NCBI GenBank assembly: GCA_001949185.1
Contig: BDGG01000006.1
Location: 1,532,827-1,596,826 of the forward strand
Length of the DNA: 64,000 nucleotides
Source: Ramazzottius varieornatus
Lineage: Eukaryota > Animalia > Tardigrada
Direction of reading: 5' to 3'
Shown here: positions 1-11,900 of the stretch, piece after piece
Layout: every line of letters starts with the position of its first letter
How positions within the stretch are numbered: position 1 is the stretch's first letter
Notes under the pieces: model-generated
Databases searched by the model: none
What the model saw: only the letters and a program-made list of their open reading frames with translations
Told to the model about the DNA's origin: nothing
Made by a program: the position numbers and the translations under genes

Positions 1-257
1 TTTCTCTGGTTGTTTTTTGTGAAATAAGGAGTTTGCTTTAAACATCACATATCCAGCGGTAAGGACGGACATTCCATTTTCCGCTTCGTTCCTAATTTCG
101 CCTGGAAAATAGGAATTCCGCTCCGTTCCGGACGAGCCCGATTTGGAACGCCGGAATTTCAAATCGGAATATAAGCATCAGACCGGAATTCCGCTTGAAA
201 AATCGGTTTTCCACGGCTCGATCCCCACTTTTTGCCAATAACTGGCGTACTTATGAT

Positions 258-365
258 GCTTCATGAACTTGGCGAACTGACATCACAGTAAGTGTGAAGT
301 TTACGGGTATGATGACGCATACAACATATGCTCACCGTTACGCTAATCCGCCAAGTTCATGAAGC
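258..365. repeat. Small palindromic element (MITE-like)
   Basis: GCTTCATGAACTTGGCG at 258 and its reverse complement CGCCAAGTTCATGAAGC ending at 365. Confidence 0.6.
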
Positions 366-1782
366 AGTACAGTACATACTGTAGTTGCACTCACTGTGCG
401 GGAGCTCGGCCAACAAACTCCACCTGAATGTATTGCCATGTCGCACGCCCCTAATAGAACTAGCAGAAAGCGTGCGCCACGTAGAAACAAACTTGCTGAG
501 CTTGTCAGCTGGGGTTAAGTCGAGCTTCGGCGTGGTTAGTGCCTTCTAGACTGCCGTACTGGAATTCCGATTTTTGGTTTAGCCGTTTTAGGGAACGAAA
601 AATAGGAAAATTAGGAATTCCTTTCCAAATTTCGTTCCATGGAGAAAGTGTGGCGGAATGCCAATCCTTACGCGCACGTGCTGCGCGGACGCAGTGATTA
701 TTTACAGTAGTTCCAGACGAGAACTGCTCACAGTCTGGAAGAATCAAGAACGTTTCTGTTTACATCGGCTGATCGATCACCGCTAGCAATGACTTTTGGC
801 ATCTCGACGTATTTCCCTGTATCAACCCGCCGGTTTTCCAGTCTTTCATTCACCGAAGTGAATCGAATACGAACTGGGCTGTTCACCAGTTCGTAATTGT
901 ACAGGGGTCGTAGTGAATCCATCTTCTAGTGAGCTTTCGCAGAGAAAGTTTCGATAATGAAAACAAGCAAGTACTAGCAAGGAGACGTTTTATTAGGTGG
1001 TACAGAAAGGCGGGCGCATGCGGCTACAGGAACTTGCGAATTTGACATCTACAAATTCATTCGTTAGTGTCAAGAAGAGTCCTCAAACATGCAGAACCTG
1101 TCGACTCTGTAACCGGCCGTAAAAGTCTGGCGACGTAGGACTGCTGGAGGAGTGTCGAGCCGGACTACACTTTAGGTCATAATCGCCCTACTTACTGCTA
1201 ACATGCTACAACAACGGTAGGCAAAAACGACAATGCTTCGAGGATGGTACTTGTCACGTGGCTCCTTGTGTCGGTACCTGCGAAAAAAACACAACAGTCA
1301 TGGATCCGCATGTTAGTTCTGAAGACAAAGACATTCCATTTTTGGAGTGATATCAGCATTAAGACGAATCTTTACAGACAGTATCGGGATTTTTTCTGAA
1401 CGGCACGTGTTTGGTTGTGGTGGAGCAAAGTAGGCGACAAAACAAGTTTTGGCTAAGATGTATAGATTTACCAGTTTTGCTCCGACCAGTCACAAACGAA
1501 ACGATCGTGCGACGTCACTGGGACGACACCAACAATGTAGGCAAGTTGCATTGAGAGAAGATTACGGAAGAACGATCGCATACGAGCTCTTCTAGGTCAC
1601 CCCACGCAGGCATTAGGCGTGCTGATGCGTCACGTTTCGAACAGCCAGTCGAAAACTGAGCCCAAAACAAGCGCCTATAGAGCAAACCAAGCGCAATCAG
1701 CCTGATCTAGAGTCAGCTGTGTTTCCCTGCAAATGTTTACAACTTACTTCAGTGGTATCGTCACCGTGTTGAAGACTTTCAC

Positions 1783-2867
1783 CTATGGGCGGCGGTTGAT
1801 GCCGAAATTCAAAAAATTAGGCTAGCCGGTTGTTTCACAAAAACTAGGCTAGCCTAATTTTTCTTATTTTTCTTTTGTTCTTTGTTGCAATTTGCTGTTG
1901 CGTATGTTCAGATTGTCGAACAGAAGAATCAAAGTTAGAAAGTCTTGAAATTCTGCTGACCGAATAGGACGATTGTTTGCTAATTATCAGAAATATTAAC
2001 CAGGATACGTTCCAGTAGAATGTTTTTCAGATGCGCAACAAGACTGTTTCAGACAATGCTTTAGCCTTTTGTAACTGAATTACACTTATGTTTCTTCGTG
2101 TGAAAGTTCCAGAATAATTACATTAAACGATTGATACTGCCGTAATAGTGCAATAATTCAACAAAAAACTGCGTTAACGTGTTTTTTCAAACAAAAAATC
2201 CACGTCAGTATAATCTGCTACACAAATCGATGCAGTTTTCCGAAATTTTTTTGTGAAAAATTTAAATCAGAAATGTTGAGACATTTCGACAATTTACAAA
2301 ACTTTTTACCGAATACGTTAACGTAACCCTAACTAGTTTATAGTTTTTCCGAGATACGACAGTGTGTGGTCAGCAAAGGAATTATTTGCAACTGATGCGA
2401 ATGAAGGACAGAAAATGGATCGTCCTATATGTTGTTGACTGTTGAGTCTTTAGTACAATTGCATTAGCCTAAATTCGTCTTTTCTGCTCCAACTTTTCTG
2501 CTCGTTTTTCAAAGGCAAGATAGGCTACAAGGTGGACGGCATGGAGATTACAAGTCGGAAATTCTGGCGTGGTGACTACAAGTCTCAATCTTGACTTTCC
2601 CTGCGTCAAAATCATGTTTCTTAGTGTCTAAATCAAGAAAAACCTGTTGCCATTCTATACAAACCGTTAGAGGGCAAAACAGCAATCAAAGTGGTCAGAT
2701 GTGAGCTTTGAATGGGAGAAGGGTGTGGAGCAATGTTGAAGAGCGTATGAGGTGTACTAAGATCAAGCAAAGAAGCAATGTTGGGCTATAATCTCCATGC
2801 CGTCTACCTCGCAGCCTAGTTTTTCGAGTCTAACTGTTTGAATTTTGGCATCAACCGCCGCCCATAG
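1783..2867. mobile_element. Non-autonomous TIR element (~1.08 kb), probably TA-targeting
   Basis: ~30-bp TIRs CTATGGGCGGCGGTTGATGCCGAAATTCAAA / TTTGAATTTTGGCATCAACCGCCGCCCATAG; AT-rich interior with no long ORF. Confidence 0.8.
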
Positions 2868-2920
2868 ACGGGAGACGTGGCCGTGGCCAGTGTTATTTTA
2901 CTATGCAATCAAGATGATTA

Positions 2921-3008
2921 AAAGTCACGTGCTAATGTCAAGTCTACGTGATCAGCTGACTGCAAGTAAAATCAATTATCGCTGACGAATTTCAATTATT
3001 AAAATTTA
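2921..3008 (+). repeat. ~88-bp dispersed repeat, second copy at ~51768-51855
   Basis: Near-identical AAAAGTCACGTGCTAATG...GACGAATTTCAATT in both places; probably a transposon end. Confidence 0.75.
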
Positions 3009-3019
3009 ACTTGTTCACT

Positions 3020-3515
3020 ACTGTAACCCTTCTAACATCTTTAGTACATCACTGGTCTTTTGCTTAAGAGAAGCATTACGAAGGCAACCGCTTGGTCAGA
3101 TTACAGTTACGTCAGAGCAACCTCAGCAACAGATAAAAAACGTTGGAAACATGGAAGTATCAGCCGAGTAGAGAGAAATGACGGGAAGTAAAAAAGTGTT
3201 CAGCTTACATCATCGTCGAAGCCAACCACATTTTCTGCAAATTGAGAAATCTGTATCAGCTCAGTTTCCGACGGTTCTTCAACTGGCACAAGGAAACAAG
3301 GATCAGAAACAAGGATCAGTGGTGAACCGGGATTCTCGAAACGCATTCGGAATTTGGAAACTGGAAATTAGCTTATTTCAGCAGTCTATTGTCAGATCTG
3401 ACGTAACTGTGAGATCACTGTGGTAGGCGTGCTTGAAGCACTGCAAACTCTCTTTTTTCGCGACATGTAGATTTAACTTGAGTGACGTACTAAAGATGTT
3501 AGAAGGGTTACAGTA
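3020..3515. repeat. Inverted repeat pair
   Basis: ACTGTAACCCTTCTAACATCTTTAGTAC (~3020) versus GTACTAAAGATGTTAGAAGGGTTACAGT (~3487-3514); CAGTTACGTCAGA / TCTGACGTAACTG also pair. Confidence 0.65.
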
Positions 3516-3696
3516 CCTGTTCTGTCCAGTAGCGTTCGAAACTTTCGGTCCTTTCGGGAACGAAGCATCCAGCCTTATCCAGCAAATAGGCAAAAGAATA
3601 GCAGAAGCCACCGGCGAAACAAGATCTCTCTCGTTTTTGAAGCAAAAGCTTAGTATAGATACTCAACGTGGTGATGCTGGGAGGCTGGAAAAGTAG
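3513..3696 (+). mobile_element. 3' fragment of an RLE-type (CRE-like) non-LTR retrotransposon
   Basis: FCPVAFETFGPFGNEASSLIQQIGKRIAEATGETRSLSFLKQKLSIDTQRGDA fits the PxAxETxG...QRxSIAxQRGNA C-terminus of these elements. Confidence 0.7.
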
Positions 3697-3829
3697 ATAA
3701 TTTTTATGTTTTATCCTGGTCGACCGATCGGTCGTTTTCAGTTGCACGTTCGTAAATTCGTGTTTCTCTCCTTCTTTCCGTCTTCGATCATGTCTGTACC
3801 CCAGAGTATGCTACCTTCGTGTCGGAAAA

Positions 3830-4150
3830 GAAGGTCTGACATTCCTTGCGCAGAGAGCAGCAAGAAAAACTTTGTGACGGCTTATTAGCCGCAGCAGCGT
3901 CTCGAAAGCATCTCTTGACATCTTTGCTTCTTGTCTTCATTCCAGCCTTGGTAGAATATTACAGAGGAAGTTCTCACTTTTCGGAACTTCCGTCCAAGGC
4001 TGTAGATGCCGCGTGGACGACAGTAAATTGAACAGATGGCGAGGCGACGTAAGATCAAACACATCCTCCGCATTCGGTAATTCCTCGGAGTCATCGCATA
4101 AAAAAGGCATGGTCTCTTCAGCTACGATCAGGGTTGCCAGGTCTTTCATA
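3830..4150 (-). mobile_element. PIF/Harbinger transposase N-terminal relic
   Basis: TRHLQPWTEVPKSENFLCNILPRL*..QEAKMSRDAFETLLRLI resembles RYIHKRSFVPKSTHFVDSILSKL..EDVRISREASSNLV of the Harbinger at 50.3 kb; contains an in-frame stop. Confidence 0.6.
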
Positions 4151-4513
4151 ACAACTTGTTCCTCTTTTTGGAAAAAACATGATCTTACATGCGATGAATA
4201 ATAAGAGCGGAACAACTGAGACGATCGATCGCTCGAAACCAAATACGGAAAACTGTGGGTTCAGAAATATCTTGCATTCAATTATCATAGAAGAGGAGAA
4301 GTGATTGATTGGTCGATCGCACATAAGGGAGGTGCGATCAACTTTTTAACTTGCCCGATATTTGAATGGAATTAATGTGTTCGTCGCTTTGCAACATTTA
4401 AGTAAAGTGCGGTTGACTATCAAATATGAGATGTGGTACCATATAGGCTCATAACGAACACCTCCATTGCTCCGCGAAGAGCACTTCACTGGTCATGCTC
4501 TGGATATGGTAAC

Positions 4514-5132
4514 TGGTGCTGGCAAAAATACGATAAAATTCGATGCGATATTTTTCGATACAATATCGGCAGATATTTTATCGACGTCTTCGATATTCAT
4601 TCGATATCGATAGTTCGATACGATATTTTTTTGTTACCGTATTTTCGATATATCGTATCATATCGCAGCGAAATATCAATATTTCTGGAATTTTAGTTTT
4701 TCGGAATCCCACTGGTCCAAGCCCAAAACTCGAGAAGCCGATTTCCACATAAAGTATCAGTAAGATCGAAAGCGTCGGATGCAGCAGAGACATGATTATA
4801 CCAAGACTTCAAACACATGGCAACCTGGCCAGAATTAGTACCAGAACTGAATGGGTGGAGTGTGCTCGGTACACCATGGCCAAAATCAAGTTATGGAATC
4901 AACCATGGTCTTCCGTAAACGAGATATCGCTGGCGAGTTTGTCATTCAGCAAGACACCGACATATCGAGAATATATCGATATGGCGCGATACGATATCGC
5001 CGAATATTTTATTGCGTTTGTCGATATGAGCTTTATTTCGATATTTTCGATACGATATCTGCCGCATATTTCATCGTAAAGATTCGATATATTTCGATAC
5101 GATATCGGTATACCGTATCGTTGCCAGCACTA
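4514..5132 (+). mobile_element. hAT MITE (CGATA-rich family), copy 1
   Basis: TIRs TGGTGCTGGCAA / TTGCCAGCACTA; ATGGTAAC duplicated on both flanks (one extra A on the right); many CGATA subterminal repeats; interior matches the ends of the hAT at 28.5-31.5 kb. Confidence 0.88.
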
Positions 5133-5741
5133 AATGGTAACGGTAGTCTTGTAGTTGACCGACCTCACTTTCCAAGCCCACGTAACTCTTGCCAAACTGA
5201 GCGTAAAGCGGTACTCCGTTTGTAACCATCTACTTTCTGTGGCTGTCTGGGGGAAGGTGAAGGACAAGAAATAAATCGATCGAACTCGTTTCCGCAGAGA
5301 TTTGTTCAGTGGAGTTACGAAAAGACGTGTTCTTTCGATTATACAGATATGAACGATCCGTCGGCCTAAATTGTCTGTCCATAACTCCACGTCGTATCGC
5401 GTTCGCTTTATGGCGATATTCTTGCACTTTTGAGTGCCGACCATGACCATGTCAATCGACCATTATTCGAGTAATGCTTCGGAGAAAAAGCGGCTGTTGT
5501 TTATGGTCTCTGAAACATTCAATGTGTGGCATTTGCGGATCAAGGCCTTTGCCCGGTTACCGCTCTTTGGTGAATGTGTCCTCGTGAACCAGATTTGACG
5601 GACCACTCTTCCCGCCACGTGTTCGAAATTATGTGCGAGCAAAACTGGCAAGTGAATTCGTCACAAACGGCACGACAAGTCTGTCGTTACTTCGCACAAG
5701 CTGTGGACGCGCAAGTTCACGCAGACAGTGCGTCGGAATAT

Positions 5742-6290
5742 GAGTAAATGCCAACAGAAAATGGATACTTGGCAGGCGATTGGCTACAAAGGTGCAAAGG
5801 GCGGAGCTCGATGCCAATCGAAAATGGCCATTTGCAGCCACGCCCCCATCCGACGCGCGTTTCTTTTCAAATTTGATTTTGTTGACTTGTAGAGAAAGTT
5901 CTGGAGTGTTGCTTTCTCTTTTCACTAGAACCCATTGTCTCACTTAGGTTAGGTGTTTTTTTCTGCTGAGTGGTGCTCCCGTTAGGATGTAACTACGAAG
6001 AGTAGATGACTACTACGCAGAAGAGGCTGTGGCTGACCTACTGGACGAGCGTGGTTTATACCCAAATGTAGACGATCCACCCCATCGTCAGACCTTTTCG
6101 GCGGAGGAAGAAGCGACACTGTTGATCAGTCCGGAGGACGATGCTGAAGTTAGGGGAAACTAACTGCTTAGTCGCCTTCCTGCTTTCAATCCGGATGGAT
6201 TCGAAGATTTCTACTCGGTTGTGCCTGTACTGGCGTAATACGATAGCCCGCACGGCCCGTCAAGTCGCCATTTTCTATTGGCATCCACTC
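5742..6290. repeat. Degenerate inverted repeat around a decayed interior
   Basis: GAGTAAATGCCAACAGAAAATGGATACTTG versus CAAGTCGCCATTTTCTATTGGCATCCACTC. Confidence 0.35.
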
Positions 6291-7053
6291 GTTTTTTTGC
6301 AAAGCGTATAAATGCATTTCTCTGTTATGGCTCACTCCTTTACTGTATGATAAAGCGTGACGGATACGTTCGGCCCTTCAGAACCGTCACCTTGTCGGAG
6401 TACCGAGTTGCATCCATGGAGCTGAAACGCGCAGTCCTGGTGTACATTGGGAAGAATAACCAGTCTGCTCAAGAAGCTGGAGTTTCAGGGCCATCATGAC
6501 CGAGGCTGTCAGGCGCGAATCGGCGGACCTGGTCCAGGAACTTCTCGATCTGGCTTTTTTTTAAAGCTAGCTCCAACTTAGCCAGTTTGACGGCTTGCTG
6601 GAGAAATTTCTTGATACGAGGATTCAGTTCTATACTTTCTCGTACGTTTTACCGTAGGTACTTATGGTACTGATCCCGAACTGGTTTGTTTTCGCATTGT
6701 TTGTTTGTGAGCTGTTGTTTACGGAAAAAATCCTGAGACCCGGGCTATTCGTGACGGCGCCACTCATTTTACTTTATCAACCGTAAAACCCTTCTTCAAG
6801 GACATTCATAGTTATTCAACTGTTAGATAAGTTCCAACATTTCATGATATTTTATCACAATAAAAAAGCGAAAAAAGTTTCGGCTGCCGTATTTCGGAAA
6901 ACGAAAAACAGCTCATTGGTGAATCTTCCACTGCTGGAATTTTCGCACAAACTCATTTGCAGACCAAGAAAAGGGTTTGGACAGAGTTGCACACGATAAA
7001 ACCCACACCTATTATCTTTTCACCAGGTACAAGTTAGGGTTTGTGAGGAAGGT

Positions 7054-10000
7054 TCACTGGCTCGACGGTGCCACTCGACTAAAATAAGGCGCGGTATCAC
7101 GGTTGAGAATCGTGTGACAGACCTCGCAAACTTTGGCAGGCCTCCGATTTGGTCCACTCAGCGCTTCCTTTGAAAGACAGTCGTGACAGAAGATCTTTCC
7201 ACAGTGCCTACAGTGGATCTAGAAAAACAGCACCAGTATCAACTTCTGATCCTTTCGCAATTAACAGAAAATTAATGCTTACCTTCAGGCTTCGAAGTTT
7301 CTTCTTGGGTCCAGGAAGTTGGAAAGGTTGTTTACACGCCGTACAGTCTTCGACGTCCTCGTCGAACTGCCACCTGACTTCGTTCTCAGACTGGCGAATT
7401 TTCTCTAACTCAACCTGAACGGTCAGAACAACTTCATCCAGAATTTTCGATGACAAATAAACCACAAGTTCAACAGGAACTTGACAAACAAACTCGACAA
7501 GACCGTATTCTAAAGTGGCGCATGTCTGCGATGCTCCTGGCTGATAGCGTGCGCCACACGGAAAACAATACTGTTTTGGGGAGCTTATTTACCTAAAGTC
7601 CCAGATGGTTAATTGGTTGAGGGGCTGACTTACTTGTAAGGACTGGGAAAGTTTGACGAAGTCGCGTTGGACGGCTTCGCTGTTGTCCAGCTCCACTTGT
7701 AAGGCTTGTGCGCGAGACCTGGAATGCCGGAGATCGCTGTCGACTTTCACCTTTTCCGCTTTGAGTATTTCGAGAAGCTTCGAGAGGTCTTCGAGCTCGG
7801 TTTGCCGACTGGCCGAAGTAGCGTGGTCCGTCTCTGTTTGCTCGTTGGCGGACCTCGACCGCCTTTCGAGTTCCGACTTTTCGCTTTCTACTATACTCAA
7901 CCTTTCTCTCAGAACATCTGCAAGAACACAAAATCCGATGAACCAGGTCATCTGTCATCCCAGATAACATCCGTTCAGAAAACCGATGTCAACTTGCGCG
8001 CGGCGGATAGTCGACAAGACTGCACTCCTAACTGGCGCACGTTTCCGGTGCTGATGGCTGGAAGCGTGCTCCACTCGGCGAACAGACAAACCCGATATGA
8101 GGTGGCGCACGCTTCCAGCCACCAACGCGAAAACGCGCGCCACTTGGGAGGACAGTCCTGTCGAGTATGTCTGCCAAAAGACGAGATCTCAAAACCGAAA
8201 ATCCTTGTTTCAGCAGATAACTTAAGGACTGAGTATGCAATCTAGAATTATTTTCGAAAATCGAACTTTCCTCTCGAATTTACTTGATTTTGTGTTTGTT
8301 TTCTCTTTTTACCATTGTCTCGGGAGAGCATTTCGATGATGCCTTTCTTCTCTTCCTCTTCGCTGACGGACTGGTCCTTCAAGAACCTGATCTCGCTCTG
8401 TAAGCTTTCTTCGAGGTGTTCCCTACCCACTCTAGTCCTAATCACTTCTTCGCGATACTGGAGCAGAAGGTGATGAAGTTCGTCCATGTCGGTAGGCAGA
8501 CTGATGGCTTCTTCCTGCATCTGCTGGGCGTGATGTGTGTGTCGGTCCATCAGGCGGTCGTTCTCTTCTCCAAGGTAAGCCAGCTCTTCCGCTGCGCGTT
8601 CCCTTTCTATCATTACATCTCTCTGCGTAACAAGAAACATCCTCCATAAGAATACGAAATAAGCACAAGACGGCTTTGGATACGAGACTCAGGCAAACAA
8701 GTTCGACAAGATTACCTTCCCAAAGTGACGCACGGTTTCGGTTTCATTGGCCTGAGCCGTGCGCCACTTGGGTAAGCAAACTTGTCGAGCTGGTTGTTTG
8801 TTCAGGTGGGTCACGTTCTCGGTGTTACTATATTTGCTGCAACAGTGTGCCATTGGAAAAGAAATCTTGTTGAGTAAAACTGCTATCTTAAGTGGCGCAC
8901 GTTCTCGGCGTTGCTGGCTGAAGCCGTGCGCCACTTGAGAAGGCAATCTTGTCGGGTTCGTCTGCGGAGCTCCCATAAGCTGACTTTACGTACCAGGTTG
9001 GTTTCGAACACATTCCGAAGTCGTTCGTTATTCTCTCTCATGGAATGCAACGCACCTTCCGACTCCGTTAGTCTTTTGTACAGCTCCGAAATCTGCAAAC
9101 AAGAGAGCAGAGAAATCAATACACGCAGCTGTCCGGAATGTGAGCATGGGCAAAACTGTGGGCAGCGAAGCGAAAGCGATTAATTCATTTGGTTGGTCAA
9201 TTGTAGCTGGCCCGTGCCGCTTTCACTCCGCTGCCCACAGTTTTGGCCATGCCCGCATTTAGGCCAGGCGCGTGTACTCATGTCCATTTTGCGGAGCTCT
9301 GTACGAATCTTTTAGGTTTCGTGAATTATAATATACCTCGGCTTGGTTTTCTGCCACACTTTTCGTGATACGGTTATCCAAGTCATTTCTGAATTGTTGT
9401 TCCTGCTTGAGGTCCTCCGTCAACCTCTCAGCCGCCTTTTCTGCAGCCAGCAAATCCTTCCTAAGCTTGTTCTCGGCTTTTTGTGCTGCTTGCAACTGTA
9501 ACTCGTAGTTCGCACACATGACGCAGCCGGTATCGCCTTTTCCTTCCATCGTTCTCGACTGCGACGAAAAACAGAAACAAAATATAAAACACATGACCGA
9601 TGACGGCTTGGGACTTTACAGTATTTACGTCGGAAGTGCTGTTGTTGATCGACGTGGAGTCGTCATAGTTTGACTGTGTGGACGATTCGTAGTCGGAAGG
9701 AAGGGACAAGTCCAGTAGATGTTGGTTGTTGTTAGTCGGGGAGTCGTTTCCGTCGGCAGACCGAAGAGAGACAGTCTCGGACCTCATGAGGTCCAACGAG
9801 TCTTCCGACCGGTGCTGCATCATGCTACGGAATGGCGAGTCCATGGAAGGATTGATCGTACCTAGAGGAAACAACACCCGTCTCAAGACTCCAGAACGCA
9901 AGCAACAACAGAACAATCATACAGTAAAAGATTTTACCATTCAAACATTTCCGAAGGTAGTCGGAAACTTCTCTTTCTTGGTCGAGCTGCTTCTTCGCAA

Positions 10001-11462
10001 CATTTAACTCCCGTCGACAGTTGACAGAGTCATCCTGAAGGACGATTTTCTGAGTCTGCAGAACGCTGAGGTACTGTTCGATATCACTTTTCGATGCCGT
10101 CGACAGATCAAATTCCTGAGAAGAAACTTACTGTCAACTATCAAGCAAAGTTTTTCTACTAACCGGAAGTGAAGTTCACCTTCGAGCCAAACTTCTTGGC
10201 CAAACTATCCAGACTTTCGCTACTCGTTAAATTCAGCTTCAGTCTTTCCTGCTCGTAATGATCCAACTTTTCCGTCGCTTCTTGCAGTTTACTCTTCAAC
10301 GAGGCAATTTCTTCTTCCAGTGGTACCACAATGGCCCGCAGCACATGCGCGCCGTCTTTCGCTCTCCGCATATCTTCATTCATCAACCCTTCATGGACAC
10401 TGGCGGACTTCGAGACACTCACTGGCGATCCAGGACCTACGTTCCTTGTCGGAGAAGAAGTTGCACTGTTAAGACGCCGTCGCAGCTCATCGTTGTCCGC
10501 TTTCAGACGACTGTTGATCGTCATCAGTTCTTGACGATCAGCTTGGAAGCGTCTTTCCGCGCCTTGTTCGGCTTCTTCAATGGTACCTACAAGAAAACAA
10601 ACCTCGGTCCTTCCGTACTTTTTGGCAAGTCAAAAGAAGACTTGCTGCGCATCGCATGCTCCATGGAAGCAATTTCTTGCGTGTAGCGTTCTTTCACAGC
10701 GTCGATTTCATCCTTGTTCGCGCTTTCAGCGATCATCGCCACGGATTTCAGTTCGGCGAGTTCCTGCTGGACGGCGGAAAAATCTTCTTGGAGCCTCTGA
10801 TAGTCTCTTTCGCGTGAAGCAAGCTCATCCTGGGCTTGTTTGATCTGACCTGCAAAGAGAAGGATTGGATGGAGTCGTCGAAGCGTAAATAAATCAATAG
10901 GACAGGTAGGCTTGTGTAAGACTGAGCCAATCAGGCAAAGACTGGCGCAAACAGCTGTTTTCAAATCAAAGATACCAACATGAAAATCAGTACGTCGATA
11001 TAACGTACTGCCTCACCAAACCAATCAAGCAAACCGGGCAAAATCGGGCAATAGCTTAAACAACAGCTGTCAGCTGTACCTTCTTTCTGCATAAACATAT
11101 CCTTGAACATGGCTCGATGTCTTCCGAACTCCTCATCTCGCTCTTGTCGTTCTTTCAGAAAACGATTGGTCTGATCACGGAGTTCCGACAGCTCTTCAAA
11201 TAGCCGTTCCTGGGAAAGCCTCCCACGATCAGCTGGAGGGGGAGAATCACGAGGCGCAACGTGATCGGGTACATCTGATGGCACTGCTTCTTTAGGTCCA
11301 ATTACTGGAGTTAAAACCATTTTACCAATTTTTTCTGACACAGTTGAGCGTCTTACAACGTTCAGTTGACTTACCTGACAAAGAAGTATCCTTCGACGAA
11401 CCAACACGTCCGTTTACTCCTTCTCCTCCCTCACCAGATGTTTCCGTCATATTATCTCCCAT
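7054..11462 (-). CDS. RABEP1: Rabaptin-5 (Rab GTPase-binding effector) with C-terminal FYVE finger; multi-exon
   Basis: Coiled-coil exons with rabaptin motifs (EEFGRHRAMFKDMFMQKE, LRAIVVPLEEEIASLK, CVMCANYELQLQ, ELDNSEAVQRDFVKLSQSLQVELEKIRQSE); FYVE WQFDED..CTACKQPF..HCRHCGKIFC..KVCEVC; stop at 7054-7056; start ATG is the most plausible but not certain. Confidence 0.9.
9142..9256. repeat. Intronic hairpin / MITE in the rabaptin gene
   Basis: GCATGGGCAAAACTGTGGGCAGCG...CGCTGCCCACAGTTTTGGCCATGC inverted arms. Confidence 0.7.
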
Positions 11463-11900
11463 CTCGTCAAGGCTTTGCTTGATGACCTCCGCCAGATGGT
11501 CACCTCATTCTCCAAGCAGTAGGTGGACGTTACCTCATCCACGTGTACAACGGTCGATCGATGAAGGAAGGGAGGCGTGAATTAGCTGAGAATTCAACTT
11601 GACAGAAGAAGACGATGGCAAAATGGGGAATTTTGCTCAGCTACTGTAGCACTGTACGGTTTATGAGTGCAGTTCGATATAACAGCGTCGATGTGTCAGT
11701 CGCTTCCACGGTCGACTGAGCTAAACTGACGTAGCACGACTGGTTTCCCATCTCCTGCCGCTATAGTTTAATTAAATTTTGATTGTTGATTAGATCCGTC
11801 ATTGTAAGCAGAATTCAGAAAAAAATCTCATCCATCGATAACTTTCCGCTTTCATCTTCTTCTCCTTCTAGCATCTTGTCCCACCAGTCTTGCATAGAAA
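11463..11900. promoter_or_regulatory. Probable bidirectional promoter between rabaptin and SNAPC3
   Basis: Divergent start codons ~440 bp apart; inferred from gene arrangement only. Confidence 0.5.

Noticed and set aside
4433-5225. ORFs rich in R/Y/I/D/S here and at 31.1-31.7 kb and 53.3-53.9 kb
   Set aside because: Translations of CGATA subterminal repeats in non-coding transposon ends
7593-11580. Antisense and alternative-frame ORFs over rabaptin (likewise over GLUT, Slo and APEX2)
   Set aside because: Shadow ORFs of real exons with no independent motifs
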